From Candidatus Gottesmanbacteria bacterium (GTDB lineage Bacteria; Patescibacteriota; Microgenomatia; UBA10105; UBA927), in the NCBI GenBank assembly GCA_963809665.1, contig CAWEKC010000002.1, positions 1 through 56,822 on the forward strand: 56,822 nt of DNA, written 5' to 3'. The position numbers and the translations under genes were made by a program. Positions within the stretch are counted from its first letter, which is position 1. The number at the start of each line of letters is the position of its first letter. Shown here in pieces: positions 37,904 to 47,753 of the stretch. Below the pieces are notes generated by a model. That model saw nothing but the letters and a program-made list of their open reading frames with translations. It was not told the origin of the DNA and ran no database searches.

Positions 37904-38988
37904 ATGTTTTTAGATAATCGCCCGACCGCCGTCTTCATCTCTGTCCGAAAACGGTCTACCGAAAATTTTTCTGCGTTCTTTCTGCACAACGCGTTATCAT
38001 ACCATTCTTTATTAAACGTCATCAATGCAGCGCTCAATGAAGATACGGATTGCTTATTAAAAAACTTTCCGGTCTTTCCTTCAACTATTGTTTCCGCCAT
38101 GCCTGACCCGCGTAAACATACGACCGGTTTGCCGCATGCCTGTGCCTCAAGCGACACAATACCGAAATCCTCATCCGCAGCCGAAACAAAAGCCCGGCAC
38201 TTTTGATAATAGGCAGCAAGCTGGGTATCTGTCAAATCACCGCGGACAAACCTGACGTTATTGTTTGCGCACTTTTTCAACTCACTGGCACTGCTGCCGG
38301 ATCCTATAATGGTCAGCGGCCACCCGAGTTTGTTAAACGCATCAATGACAATATCCACCCGTTTATACGGCACTAGTCTTGAGACACACAGAAAATAATC
38401 TCCTTTTGTCTTTGCCGGTGTAAATGTATCCACATCTACCGGAGGGTAGATTATTTTTTCAACTTTCCTCTGATAATATTTATCGATTCGTTTGGCAACG
38501 TGGTTGGATATCGCTAAATAATAGTCAGGACGCGCTGCAGCAACCATATCCCAACGCTTGAGTGTGGATCGCCATATTCCAAAAAAGAATGAAGAAATAC
38601 TATCAGAGTATTTTATATATTCTTTCTCCCCGCTCCAAAGATATCGCGTCGGTGTGAGGCAGAAGCAAATATGTACAGTACCCGGCTTAGTAATAATATC
38701 TTTGGCTTCCGCACTCGTGACGGAAAGAACCACATCATAATTGTCAAACGAAAACGACTCAAACGCCATCGGGGTAAGCCACGGATAAAACTCGTGATGC
38801 CGCTTGGCAAAAGGCATGTGTTGTAAAAATGACGGATTGACGCGGAAAACATTTGCCCATGATGCGCGGCGTGAATCGTACACCGCCGTATAAAGAGGCG
38901 CATTCGGCCATATATCGTGGAGAGAAAGCAACACCCGCTCGGCTCCTCCCCATTTATTGACCCGGTCGTACACGAGCGCTATGTTCAT
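37900..38988 (-). CDS. GT4 glycosyltransferase (WbaZ-like)
   Basis: MNIALVYDRVNKWGGAERVL, SRLVPYKR.D, EDFGIVSLEAQACGKPV. Confidence 0.9.
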   Translation of the reverse strand: MNIALVYDRVNKWGGAERVLLSLHDIWPNAPLYTAVYDSRRASWANVFRVNPSFLQHMPFAKRHHEFYPWLTPMAFESFSFDNYDVVLSVTSAEAKDIITKPGTVHICFCLTPTRYLWSGEKEYIKYSDSISSFFFGIWRSTLKRWDMVAAARPDYYLAISNHVAKRIDKYYQRKVEKIIYPPVDVDTFTPAKTKGDYFLCVSRLVPYKRVDIVIDAFNKLGWPLTIIGSGSSASELKKCANNNVRFVRGDLTDTQLAAYYQKCRAFVSAADEDFGIVSLEAQACGKPVVCLRGSGMAETIVEGKTGKFFNKQSVSSLSAALMTFNKEWYDNALCRKNAEKFSVDRFRTEMKTAVGRLSKNI

Positions 38989-39451
38989 ATACGGATAATG
39001 TCTCCTTTCCCATTTTTTGCCAACTATATCTTTGCACAATTCGTTTTATTTTTTCCTGAAACAAATTTGACCGTTGAGGCGGGTTTTTCAGACATTCTGC
39101 CAATGCTTCTTCATCATGCGGATCAAAATATTTCGGAACATCACCAAGAATCTCGTGAAACACAGGAATGTCGCTCACGATCACAGGACACCCGTGTGCA
39201 AGGGCCTCAAGCGCCGGGAGTCCGAATCCCTCCATAAGAGACGGAAACACGAGCGCCTCTGCATTTGCATATAAATTCGCAAGTTCAGAATCATTTACCG
39301 TTTTCGGTATGATATGCAATTTTCTGTAAAAATAATCATCTTTCCCCACATAAACAATATTCACTCCGGCAAGAATGGCGGACCGTATGAGCGTTTCAAG
39401 ATTTTTATGCGGATACGCGTTGCCGACGTATAAAAAATATTTATCCTTCAT
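38954..39451 (-). CDS. Stand-alone C-terminal (donor-binding) domain of a GT4 glycosyltransferase
   Basis: Starts MKDKYFLYVGNAYPHKN; EGFGLPALEA ExxxxxxxE motif. Confidence 0.8.
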   Translation of the reverse strand: MKDKYFLYVGNAYPHKNLETLIRSAILAGVNIVYVGKDDYFYRKLHIIPKTVNDSELANLYANAEALVFPSLMEGFGLPALEALAHGCPVIVSDIPVFHEILGDVPKYFDPHDEEALAECLKNPPQRSNLFQEKIKRIVQRYSWQKMGKETLSVYEHSARVRPGQ

Positions 39452-39962
39452 AAATAACCTTTATATTTTCAGGAAGTACATCAAAATGATTAAGAATTTC
39501 CTTTTTTGTCGTTTGTGATACTGCGATTATTTTTTCACTCCAGAAAATCGCTTTTAACAGTGAAACATAATATCCGAAACGCCGGAGCTGGTAAAAAATA
39601 TACGGAAGCGTCGTCGCTTTTCCGGTATCAAAATGCAAAATCGTCAAATCATGGATGGTGACAACAAACTTCCCGAAGTATAACAGCGGTACGTTAAAAT
39701 ACGGGACGTGCAGGAGATCAAGATGTTCACGATTAAAAATCGCCGGCATGAACAGTTGTTCAGTTACACTGTGCCAGGGAATGTCCGCGAGCCGTGCTTC
39801 CCATCTTTCGTTCTTTGGTATAAACGTATGGAATTCGTCTTTCCGCAGAAATATAATATAGGAATTATCCCTATCAATCGTACCCAACTCCTGAATCAGG
39901 TTCCGTATATATCTGCCGACTCCGGTTTCATGTATGAGCCGTCCGTCAATGCCTATTTTCAT
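39441..39962 (-). CDS. Stand-alone N-terminal (acceptor-binding) domain of a GT4 glycosyltransferase
   Basis: MKIGIDGR..GVGRY, HVPYFN, VVTIHDL, AVSQTTK; ends VIYEG*. Confidence 0.8.
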   Translation of the reverse strand: MKIGIDGRLIHETGVGRYIRNLIQELGTIDRDNSYIIFLRKDEFHTFIPKNERWEARLADIPWHSVTEQLFMPAIFNREHLDLLHVPYFNVPLLYFGKFVVTIHDLTILHFDTGKATTLPYIFYQLRRFGYYVSLLKAIFWSEKIIAVSQTTKKEILNHFDVLPENIKVIYEG

Positions 39963-40822
39963 ATGGAATATTGTTTTAAGAAAAATAGCCGGACCGTATA
40001 GAACAGGTTAATAATGGCGGAAACAAGCGCGCCGTATTTTTTAGCATAATGTTTTGTATAAAACAGCCGGTTATATGTATGGAAATAGATCTCCGTAGTA
40101 ACTGCGCGAGAACGGTTCCGCTGACTTCTGCCGCTTTGCTTCTTTTTGTGGAGCACTGATGCCTCGGGATTAAACCATATTTCCCAGCCCTTCTGTTTAA
40201 ACCGGTACGCCCAATCAATATCTTCTGCATACATAAAAAAATCTTCATCAAGCAGACCGACCTGGGTCACCGCTTTCCTGCGTGTAAGGAAAAACGCACC
40301 GCTGATACAATCCACCTGGTGACGGATTGACATGTCTTTGTACCCCATGTGATACCGGCCGAACAGGCGGGATGCAGGTATTAACTTTTCCAAACCCGTC
40401 ATGTACGTGAAAGCAGCCCACGGAGTCGGAAATCCGCGGTGACATGCGGGATCAATTGCCCCATCAGGTAAATCAAGCCGGCACGTTGCTGCGCCCGCTT
40501 TCGGGTGCCCGTCCATAAACCGAAGCATTGTCTGGATCGAGTCCCGGCGGATTTCGGTATCGGAATTTAGAAGTAAAATATATTTTCCCTTCGCAATTTT
40601 TATTCCTTTGTTATTTGCTTTGGCAAACCCCATGTTCTTCCTGTTTACTATTAGCGTTATATCTTTGAATGTTTTAAGCATCTGCCGGCTGCCGTCCGTA
40701 GAACCGTTATCAACAACAATGATTTCCCACGCAACCCCCTGTGAATATTTCCGTATCGAATCCAGACAGGCATGTGTCAGATCTTTTGTATTGAAACTTA
40801 CAATTATTATAGAGAGGTCCAT
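39959..40822 (-). CDS. GT2 glycosyltransferase (WbbL-like)
   Basis: IIIVSFNT, VVDNGS.D, GFAKANN, LLNSD, FFMYAEDIDW. Confidence 0.9.
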   Translation of the reverse strand: MDLSIIIVSFNTKDLTHACLDSIRKYSQGVAWEIIVVDNGSTDGSRQMLKTFKDITLIVNRKNMGFAKANNKGIKIAKGKYILLLNSDTEIRRDSIQTMLRFMDGHPKAGAATCRLDLPDGAIDPACHRGFPTPWAAFTYMTGLEKLIPASRLFGRYHMGYKDMSIRHQVDCISGAFFLTRRKAVTQVGLLDEDFFMYAEDIDWAYRFKQKGWEIWFNPEASVLHKKKQSGRSQRNRSRAVTTEIYFHTYNRLFYTKHYAKKYGALVSAIINLFYTVRLFFLKQYSI

Positions 40823-41946
40823 ACGTGATCTAATTTTTGTGCAATTATTTCCCAGGAATATTCTTTTTCGATAAGTGCGCGGGCGTTTTTGACTAATTCG
40901 GTTCGTGTAGTATCGTTACGTAAATATGCTATAGAAGCAAGTACGTCGTAAGCACTTTCAGCAATCAGAAAATGTTTTTTATCCTCCCCGTTCATGCCCT
41001 CGATTCCCTGTGCAGTTGTAATCACCGGTAATCCTGCTGCCATAGCTTCCAATATTTTATATTTCGTGCCGCCCCCCACCCGGATCGGTGCAAGCATAAT
41101 GTCTGCTTTATGCAGTTCATCCGCAATAGAACCGACCTCGCCGATAAAATACTCTCCTTTCGGAGCATTTTTCCCTACAATCCGGAGATTTGCATCCGGG
41201 TATTTTTCTTTAATGGCCGGCCAGAAGTCCCGTATAATGTTATCAGCTGCATCGCGGTTTTCTATCCAGCGGAAATTCCCGACGTACAAAAAAGTAGGGT
41301 TTTTGGCCATTCTTTTTTTCGGACGGAATGTAAAAGATTTTGTATCCACACCGTTCGGAACTACGGACACATTCAGTTGTTGTATATACGCTTTGTCACT
41401 TTCGGAAACGGTAATAATCCGGGCTGCCCGCTTCCACACATGACGCTGCCACGTTTTCATTTTTATAACATCACGCAGGAGAAACGGCCGGAGCATACCG
41501 ATTCTGAAGCGCTTCGCATATGATTCATACACAGTGTGTTCAATATTATGTTCACCTACTACGGTGGGAATGCGGTGTTCCGTCGGGATCGACGGCCATA
41601 CATATCCCGGTTCAATATGAATGAGATCATAGTTACCCGTGGATACTTCATCCGCAAGCGCAGCTAACATGTCACTGTTATGATAACTGGCCCACAATAG
41701 CGGATAGGAACCCGTTAGCGCTTTCAACAAATATTTGGATTGCCACACACGACCCCGTAAAACCGGGGTAACGGATTTGCAGAATGACAACTCAGAAAGA
41801 TATTCCTTCTCACCCGCTGAACGGATAAACGCATACAGGTGAATTTCATGTTTACTACTTAATCTTTTTAGGAGATTATAAATGCGGATTTGTCCTCCGG
41901 AATGAAGAGGATAAGGTAGTACCGCAGATACAAAAAGAATTTTCAT
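40807..41946 (-). CDS. GT4 glycosyltransferase
   Basis: PYPLHSGGQIR, VPNGVD, GGGTKYKILEAMAAG.PV. Confidence 0.9.
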   Translation of the reverse strand: MKILFVSAVLPYPLHSGGQIRIYNLLKRLSSKHEIHLYAFIRSAGEKEYLSELSFCKSVTPVLRGRVWQSKYLLKALTGSYPLLWASYHNSDMLAALADEVSTGNYDLIHIEPGYVWPSIPTEHRIPTVVGEHNIEHTVYESYAKRFRIGMLRPFLLRDVIKMKTWQRHVWKRAARIITVSESDKAYIQQLNVSVVPNGVDTKSFTFRPKKRMAKNPTFLYVGNFRWIENRDAADNIIRDFWPAIKEKYPDANLRIVGKNAPKGEYFIGEVGSIADELHKADIMLAPIRVGGGTKYKILEAMAAGLPVITTAQGIEGMNGEDKKHFLIAESAYDVLASIAYLRNDTTRTELVKNARALIEKEYSWEIIAQKLDHVWTSL

Positions 41947-43367
41947 TTTTTTAGCTTCGTCAAATCAATAATAGCGAACTTATCAGTGCGGACTAATACC
42001 GTGTATTTTGCCGCCAGGTCGCGGGTTTCAGTATCCGCGTCAGTCGGCGATACTGTAACGTATGCGGTAGCCCCCATGGCAATTTTCTTATCGATGTCAA
42101 ACCCCAGGGGCCAACCCTGACGCTGCGTCTGGTACAAAAATGTCGTGTCACCGTTATATGGAGCAATTACTTTCGCGTCTTTCGGAAGAATCGCGTCGGC
42201 AACTTTTCCTGCTTCAACAATTTCCGGACGGTTAATCCAATAGTATGTCCGTATGGTAAACCACGAAAATCCTAACATCGCAACAACACTTATGAATGCC
42301 ACTATCTTACCTGATAGATTCTGCCGCAGAAGGAATGCTAATCCTTTTGCAGCGTAAATGCAGACAACAGGAATGATGAGAATCTGGTAATAGTCATGCT
42401 GAACATTTCCTGTTGCAAAAATAATAAGATACAAGAGCGCCCCAAAAATCCACCATCGGAAAAACCATCCTTCTTTTTTTACAGATGTAACTGTCAGCCC
42501 TATACCGAAAAGAATAAGCCCCCAGAACCCGAGAATAAGATCCCCCAGACGGACCGCAAACAACCAATGGAACCATGCGCCTTTGAAGCGTATACCGTTA
42601 CCGTTTAAAAGCCATGTGCTCACCGGAATGCCTTCCGGGAACTGCAGAATCCACCGCCGCCACAGCAAAAGAGGAATAAGACTGATAATTCCATACAGTA
42701 ATGTTTGCACCACCATCCGCTTGGACCATCCGTAATTACGGATGAGAATCCATACCGCCGGTAAAAGAAGAAATACGGCCATAGGTTTGGATAAGAGCGC
42801 AAGCGCCCCTGAAACAGCGCCAAATAGAGTCCACCAAAAACTCTTTCCCCGCCCGATGAACCAGAGACTTAAGAGGGACCAAAAAACCATGGACGGATCC
42901 GGCAATATGGTTCTTCCGTAGTACATACTGTACGGAAGTATCGCAAAAAGCAGTGCAGTCAGCACGCCGGTAAACTTATCTATATATTGCGCAACCAGCA
43001 GGCCCAACAGAATTACCGTTCCCGCAGAGACAACTATGGTAGCAAGACGCAGTATTACTTCCAGCGGTATGTCCGGAAAACCCAATTTCGCCGATGCGCC
43101 AATCACCTGATAGAGCGGAAATTCCACCATACGCCATCCCTGGGGGTTATCTTTACCGGATTGAATGTTAGAAAGGTCATCATACCGCGGGTGCAGGGGG
43201 TCTATGCCGAACCGCAAAAAATTCCTCGCGACCGCCGCGGTATCCGCCTGACGCCAGCTATGCCAGTCGGCAACAGGATACGTGATGTGATACAACCGCG
43301 CTGTGAACGCCACAATACCTATGCCGATAAGAAGAGCGACAAAATATTTAGCAATAATTTTTTCCAT
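41943..43367 (-). CDS. GT39/ArnT-like membrane glycosyltransferase
   Basis: HSWRQADTAAVARNF, EFPLYQ, YGRTILPDP, HDYYQ. Confidence 0.8.
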   Translation of the reverse strand: MEKIIAKYFVALLIGIGIVAFTARLYHITYPVADWHSWRQADTAAVARNFLRFGIDPLHPRYDDLSNIQSGKDNPQGWRMVEFPLYQVIGASAKLGFPDIPLEVILRLATIVVSAGTVILLGLLVAQYIDKFTGVLTALLFAILPYSMYYGRTILPDPSMVFWSLLSLWFIGRGKSFWWTLFGAVSGALALLSKPMAVFLLLPAVWILIRNYGWSKRMVVQTLLYGIISLIPLLLWRRWILQFPEGIPVSTWLLNGNGIRFKGAWFHWLFAVRLGDLILGFWGLILFGIGLTVTSVKKEGWFFRWWIFGALLYLIIFATGNVQHDYYQILIIPVVCIYAAKGLAFLLRQNLSGKIVAFISVVAMLGFSWFTIRTYYWINRPEIVEAGKVADAILPKDAKVIAPYNGDTTFLYQTQRQGWPLGFDIDKKIAMGATAYVTVSPTDADTETRDLAAKYTVLVRTDKFAIIDLTKLKK

Positions 43368-46348
43368 TATTTCTCAACTTTCACAAGTCTTTTTAATTGA
43401 TAGTTTTCAAAAATTAAAATATCCGGCGTGAACCCCGCCGGGACAGGTGCACTGTACGCGGCTTCGGGCGTGAAAACATTGGTCGTTGTAAATTCCCACG
43501 GATTAAAATGAAACACGTGCCATAGCGGGTCCGCCATGCCAGTAGGAAATATCCATGCGCGCCCGTACCGGATCGGGGTGTTGATAAATATAAAGCTTTT
43601 ATTCTCACGGAGAGGGAAAAACTGCGTGCTCATAATTGAGAGCGTTTCCCGGGAGGTGGCGCTTGCTTTCTGCCAGTCACCGCCCACGCGGACTACTTCC
43701 GAAACATTCCAGATAATAAGACCGCATGTGATAACAGCAACTACGTATTTCCAAATACGGCGGCCGGTGACTGCCCACGATGTTGATACAAACGAACCGA
43801 ACCCGGCGATAAAAAACCCGCTGGCAGCAAAGGCGTACCGCTCGCTCATATTCCCTAACCCGACATACGCACCGAGTGACACGAATCCGCAGATAAGCCA
43901 GAGAATCGCAGTCCGGTATACGGACAATACGTTCTTTATTTTGAATAAAATATAAACAAGAATCACTGCGATACCCAAGCCGGTAATTCCAGCAGTCACC
44001 CGGTGCACACGAAGGTACCCGCGGGCCGTACCCCAAAATTCGAAAAACCGCGGGCCGAAAAACGTTCCGAAGAAATACCCGATGCTGTTACCCCCAAAGT
44101 TAAACGGTAATGCAGAGAGTTTATACCCGTAATCTCCGGATGGCGGCACGGCTCCGGCTGCAGTACGGAGTATCCAGTACAAGGGTATTGCCAAAAGCGG
44201 AATAAATGCGGTCCAATTTTTCTTGCGTACGGTAAACCATGCTGCGGCGCAAAGTATGACGGGTGCCACAATCATCCCGTCATACGAAAGCATTGCCAGT
44301 CCCATGAGAATCATTGCTGACGTAAACAGTAGGCTCCTCCGCAATCCGGAATACCGCTGCTGCACGATAGTTATATAGACTCCTGCAAACAGAAATACGG
44401 CTGAGAGTACACTGCTCATCCCGGAAATCCAAAACACGTTTTCGTGGTGAACAGAAAGGACGGTAAATACTATGGCTGCAATAAGAGCAATAGTCCGTTT
44501 CACTCCCGTTACTCTCATCAAAAGATACACGAGGTACGCCGCCAGTCCGTACAAAAGAATAGAGACGACATGATATCCCTCAGGTTTTAGCCAAAAAACC
44601 GCGTACAGGATAAAATACAAAACCTTCGGAATAGGCCGGTAGAAAAATCCTGCCGCGTTTGTAAAATATTTGGCAACATCGGTGAAGGACGAACTTGCGG
44701 CCCATTTGAGCCACGTAAAGTCGTCGGCAACAAAGTAGTTGGAGACGGACGAACCAAACAGGACAACCGCTGTCACGAATAAGTACCCGAGATACGCGAC
44801 ATTCGAGGTCAGTGCTTTGCCAAGTAACTTAAAATAATCGGTAAGTGTCATCCCCTCCGTAGAGAGAACGGCAACCGCGGCACCCAGAAGAAGCCACAGA
44901 ATAAATGCCACCTTCGATGCTTCAAACACGTCAATAAGAATTCCGTTGAACATGAGACCGGTCAATCCGCCGAATACGCCGACGACAAAAGCCTTTTCTA
45001 TCCCGTTCAGCTTGTCTTTTCTTCTGAAAAACAGCGTGTATGCAGCAAGTAATATTCCTAAAAAGCTTATGGTGCCCAATATGCCGGTCTCTCCCAACAT
45101 CCGGACATAATCACCATCGGACGCGACTGACAGTGTCGAGTAGCCGCTGCCCAATACTATGTTCCGTTTAAACGCGTCGAGGGCCATCGGCCATTCTCCC
45201 TGCAGGCGCGTTGTGATGGAAATATCGTAGACGAGTGCCTTTTGGATAAGAAAGCTTCCGGACACGGTTGCAATTTCGCCTGCGCCGCCGGATAGACTTA
45301 CGCTGGTGTACGAAATTGTTTTCACCTGCCCGGATGCACTGGCTTGCGGGAGCCCGATATACTGGCTGCCCGTCGGTAGATTTTCAACAGCCGGTGATTG
45401 GGACTTTTCAATGACTGCTGTCGTCCCTTCGAGTGATGCTAAGGTCCCCACCGGTTTTCCCGTGGATATGTCAATGATCACATCGTTGTATCTGAATGTT
45501 TTATAAAACCGGTCTGAAGCGTCGTTAAAATAATTCAACAGGAAAAAGCTTGCGAGGATGACCGGAATAATAAACCACTTTTTCTTATACCACAGAAGCG
45601 TTACGCTTATTCCTACCAGATACACGATAAACGATGTTCTGGATTGCGTTAAAAACAACATGACCAGCGATCCGACGGACAAAAGGAAAAATATGATTTT
45701 CTGCCAGACATACTTGGCTGCAAATACAAACGCGGCGAATATCGGTATGGTTAAAACCACAAATGCCGCTAAATCATAGTGCCCTGCAAATGTGGACGGT
45801 ATACGTGCGGTCGGAGGAAGCCTGAGGGGTATCCCCTTTGCAAACTGCTCGTTCATCGTCAAAAATGCCGGCCATCCGAAAAACTTCTGCCCGAGTCCGT
45901 AGAAAATAATTGCCATCATCGTCCCGGCAAGCGTCCAAACTATCGCAGTCACAAAAGATTTCTTTCTGGCAACGACATCAAACGCCATGAAAAAAAGCAT
46001 CATGTATTCTATACGGCGCAGAAAATGAAGAATAACAAGATGAGGGAAATATCCGGTCAGCTTCGGACCGATGAACAGAATAGAAAATACGGCTGACGTA
46101 ATGCCTACGCCCCAATACACAAGGATCGGCCATGTGAGCGGCGTCCTGGGAATTTGGCGCTCACGCAAACGCTTGAGAATATACAGTCCTATTGCGAAGG
46201 CAACAAGAAAATCTTCCAGTCGAATATATACGAACGTCCGGATGACATTTATTAACGGGACCTTCGGATAGAGCGGGATGAACGCCAGGAAAAATAAAAT
46301 GGCAAGGCCGCTGATGTTACTCGTTAACCAATGAAAGAGCTTCTTCAT
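43367..46348 (-). CDS. O-antigen ligase/polymerase-like domain fused to a GT-C-like membrane domain (993 aa)
   Basis: N-half: R..STFAGHYDLA, TQSR, R.QGEWP.A..AF..N..LGSG. C-half: YFVADDF, FYRPI, HHENVFWISG. Confidence 0.75.
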   Translation of the reverse strand: MKKLFHWLTSNISGLAILFFLAFIPLYPKVPLINVIRTFVYIRLEDFLVAFAIGLYILKRLRERQIPRTPLTWPILVYWGVGITSAVFSILFIGPKLTGYFPHLVILHFLRRIEYMMLFFMAFDVVARKKSFVTAIVWTLAGTMMAIIFYGLGQKFFGWPAFLTMNEQFAKGIPLRLPPTARIPSTFAGHYDLAAFVVLTIPIFAAFVFAAKYVWQKIIFFLLSVGSLVMLFLTQSRTSFIVYLVGISVTLLWYKKKWFIIPVILASFFLLNYFNDASDRFYKTFRYNDVIIDISTGKPVGTLASLEGTTAVIEKSQSPAVENLPTGSQYIGLPQASASGQVKTISYTSVSLSGGAGEIATVSGSFLIQKALVYDISITTRLQGEWPMALDAFKRNIVLGSGYSTLSVASDGDYVRMLGETGILGTISFLGILLAAYTLFFRRKDKLNGIEKAFVVGVFGGLTGLMFNGILIDVFEASKVAFILWLLLGAAVAVLSTEGMTLTDYFKLLGKALTSNVAYLGYLFVTAVVLFGSSVSNYFVADDFTWLKWAASSSFTDVAKYFTNAAGFFYRPIPKVLYFILYAVFWLKPEGYHVVSILLYGLAAYLVYLLMRVTGVKRTIALIAAIVFTVLSVHHENVFWISGMSSVLSAVFLFAGVYITIVQQRYSGLRRSLLFTSAMILMGLAMLSYDGMIVAPVILCAAAWFTVRKKNWTAFIPLLAIPLYWILRTAAGAVPPSGDYGYKLSALPFNFGGNSIGYFFGTFFGPRFFEFWGTARGYLRVHRVTAGITGLGIAVILVYILFKIKNVLSVYRTAILWLICGFVSLGAYVGLGNMSERYAFAASGFFIAGFGSFVSTSWAVTGRRIWKYVVAVITCGLIIWNVSEVVRVGGDWQKASATSRETLSIMSTQFFPLRENKSFIFINTPIRYGRAWIFPTGMADPLWHVFHFNPWEFTTTNVFTPEAAYSAPVPAGFTPDILIFENYQLKRLVKVEK

Positions 46349-47186
46349 AAGTATGAACCAAGTCCTGTTTTCCGAATATTTTACCGATTCCGATTGAAAT
46401 TCCTGCTTTAACAGTCAACATAAATTTTAACACAGACAGCTCCATGGGCGTGCTGTGCTTACGGTAAAAATACATGAGTCCCAAAAAGATGTTTTTCACG
46501 GGTGCACGTTTATTTCCGCTCGAGGCGGCTCCCGTATGAATAAAGCGCGCCTGGGGCGTAAAGTAAACCGTATAGCCTTTCTCACCGGCCCGGTATAAAA
46601 ATTCTATTTCGTCCATATACATAAATATCTCCTGATCAAATAACCCAACCCCGTAAAAAGACTCTTTTTCTCCTAACAAACACGCTCCCGATACCCAACC
46701 AACATGCCTCACATGGTTCGGCGAATACCGGGTAATCGAATGCTTGTCCCCGCGGCAGAACAGCATAAGAAATACATACCCGAGGGTAAACATAGGCCCG
46801 CATGACGGCTGGGCGGAACCGTCTTCGTTGTACAGCTTTCCTCCGACAAAAGATTTAGGATGAGACACGGCGAATGCGTACAGCCGTTCAACAGACCCGG
46901 CAAGGGCTTCTATATCGGAATTAAGCATAAGTACGTACGTACCTTTTGCTTTATGAAGCCCCATGTTATTGGCAGTACCATAGCCTGCATTTTCCTTATT
47001 GAGTATTTTTATTACCTGAGGAAATTGTGTATTCAACATTTCAACCGTACCGTCATGGGAGGCGTTATCTACGACAATAATTTCGTACGTCAATTCCGAA
47101 CGCTTCAGTGTTTCAATAATCGAGCGGAGACACCGTTCTAATAGGTGTTTCGTATTATAACTGGGGATAATAATCGATACATCCAT
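46317..47186 (-). CDS. GT2 glycosyltransferase
   Basis: IIIPSYNT, VVDNASHD, GYGTANN, LNSD, FMYMDE. Confidence 0.9.
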   Translation of the reverse strand: MDVSIIIPSYNTKHLLERCLRSIIETLKRSELTYEIIVVDNASHDGTVEMLNTQFPQVIKILNKENAGYGTANNMGLHKAKGTYVLMLNSDIEALAGSVERLYAFAVSHPKSFVGGKLYNEDGSAQPSCGPMFTLGYVFLMLFCRGDKHSITRYSPNHVRHVGWVSGACLLGEKESFYGVGLFDQEIFMYMDEIEFLYRAGEKGYTVYFTPQARFIHTGAASSGNKRAPVKNIFLGLMYFYRKHSTPMELSVLKFMLTVKAGISIGIGKIFGKQDLVHTYEEALSLVNE

Positions 47187-47189
47187 ACA

Positions 47190-47753
47190 TCACTGGAAGA
47201 GCCGTGCAAACTTTAGCGTATAGTGAAGATTTTTAGCCCGTTCCCTGATGTGTCTGGCAGGTACACCTGCGACCACTTCAAACTCTTCTACATCGCCGGT
47301 AACTACCGCCCCTGACGCAATGACTGCCCCGCGCCCTATATGGACCCCGGGTAGAATTGTTACTCTCGAACCTATTACCACATAGTCATCAATAACAACC
47401 GCGGCTCCTACTTCAGCAAAATCAGGAGAGTCGATATCGTGTTCCATAGTATAAATCCGGACTTCCCCTGCGATAGAAACATTGTTACCGATTTTTAAAG
47501 GAGCCCCATGATCTTTTCGGTACGAAATAAAATTTTTCATCCGTCCGTCGAGGAATGCGTCGTTACCGATAATTGTATTGTGCCCGATTTCCACTCCTGC
47601 CGGCTGGTTAAACTCAGCGCGCCAGTGAACGGACGAATCCTTCCCGATCTTAATCCGGTAGAGTGTCCGGTAAAGAAATAACCGTATGGAATGACTCGGA
47701 ATATACCCGGTGAGCGTGCAACAGTATACCCAAAAATCTATGAGTGTTCTCAT
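47190..47753 (-). CDS. Hexapeptide-repeat O-acyltransferase
   Basis: LbH repeats; IGSRVTILPGV.IG.GAVIASGAVV..DV....VVAGVPA. Confidence 0.9.
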   Translation of the reverse strand: MRTLIDFWVYCCTLTGYIPSHSIRLFLYRTLYRIKIGKDSSVHWRAEFNQPAGVEIGHNTIIGNDAFLDGRMKNFISYRKDHGAPLKIGNNVSIAGEVRIYTMEHDIDSPDFAEVGAAVVIDDYVVIGSRVTILPGVHIGRGAVIASGAVVTGDVEEFEVVAGVPARHIRERAKNLHYTLKFARLFQ

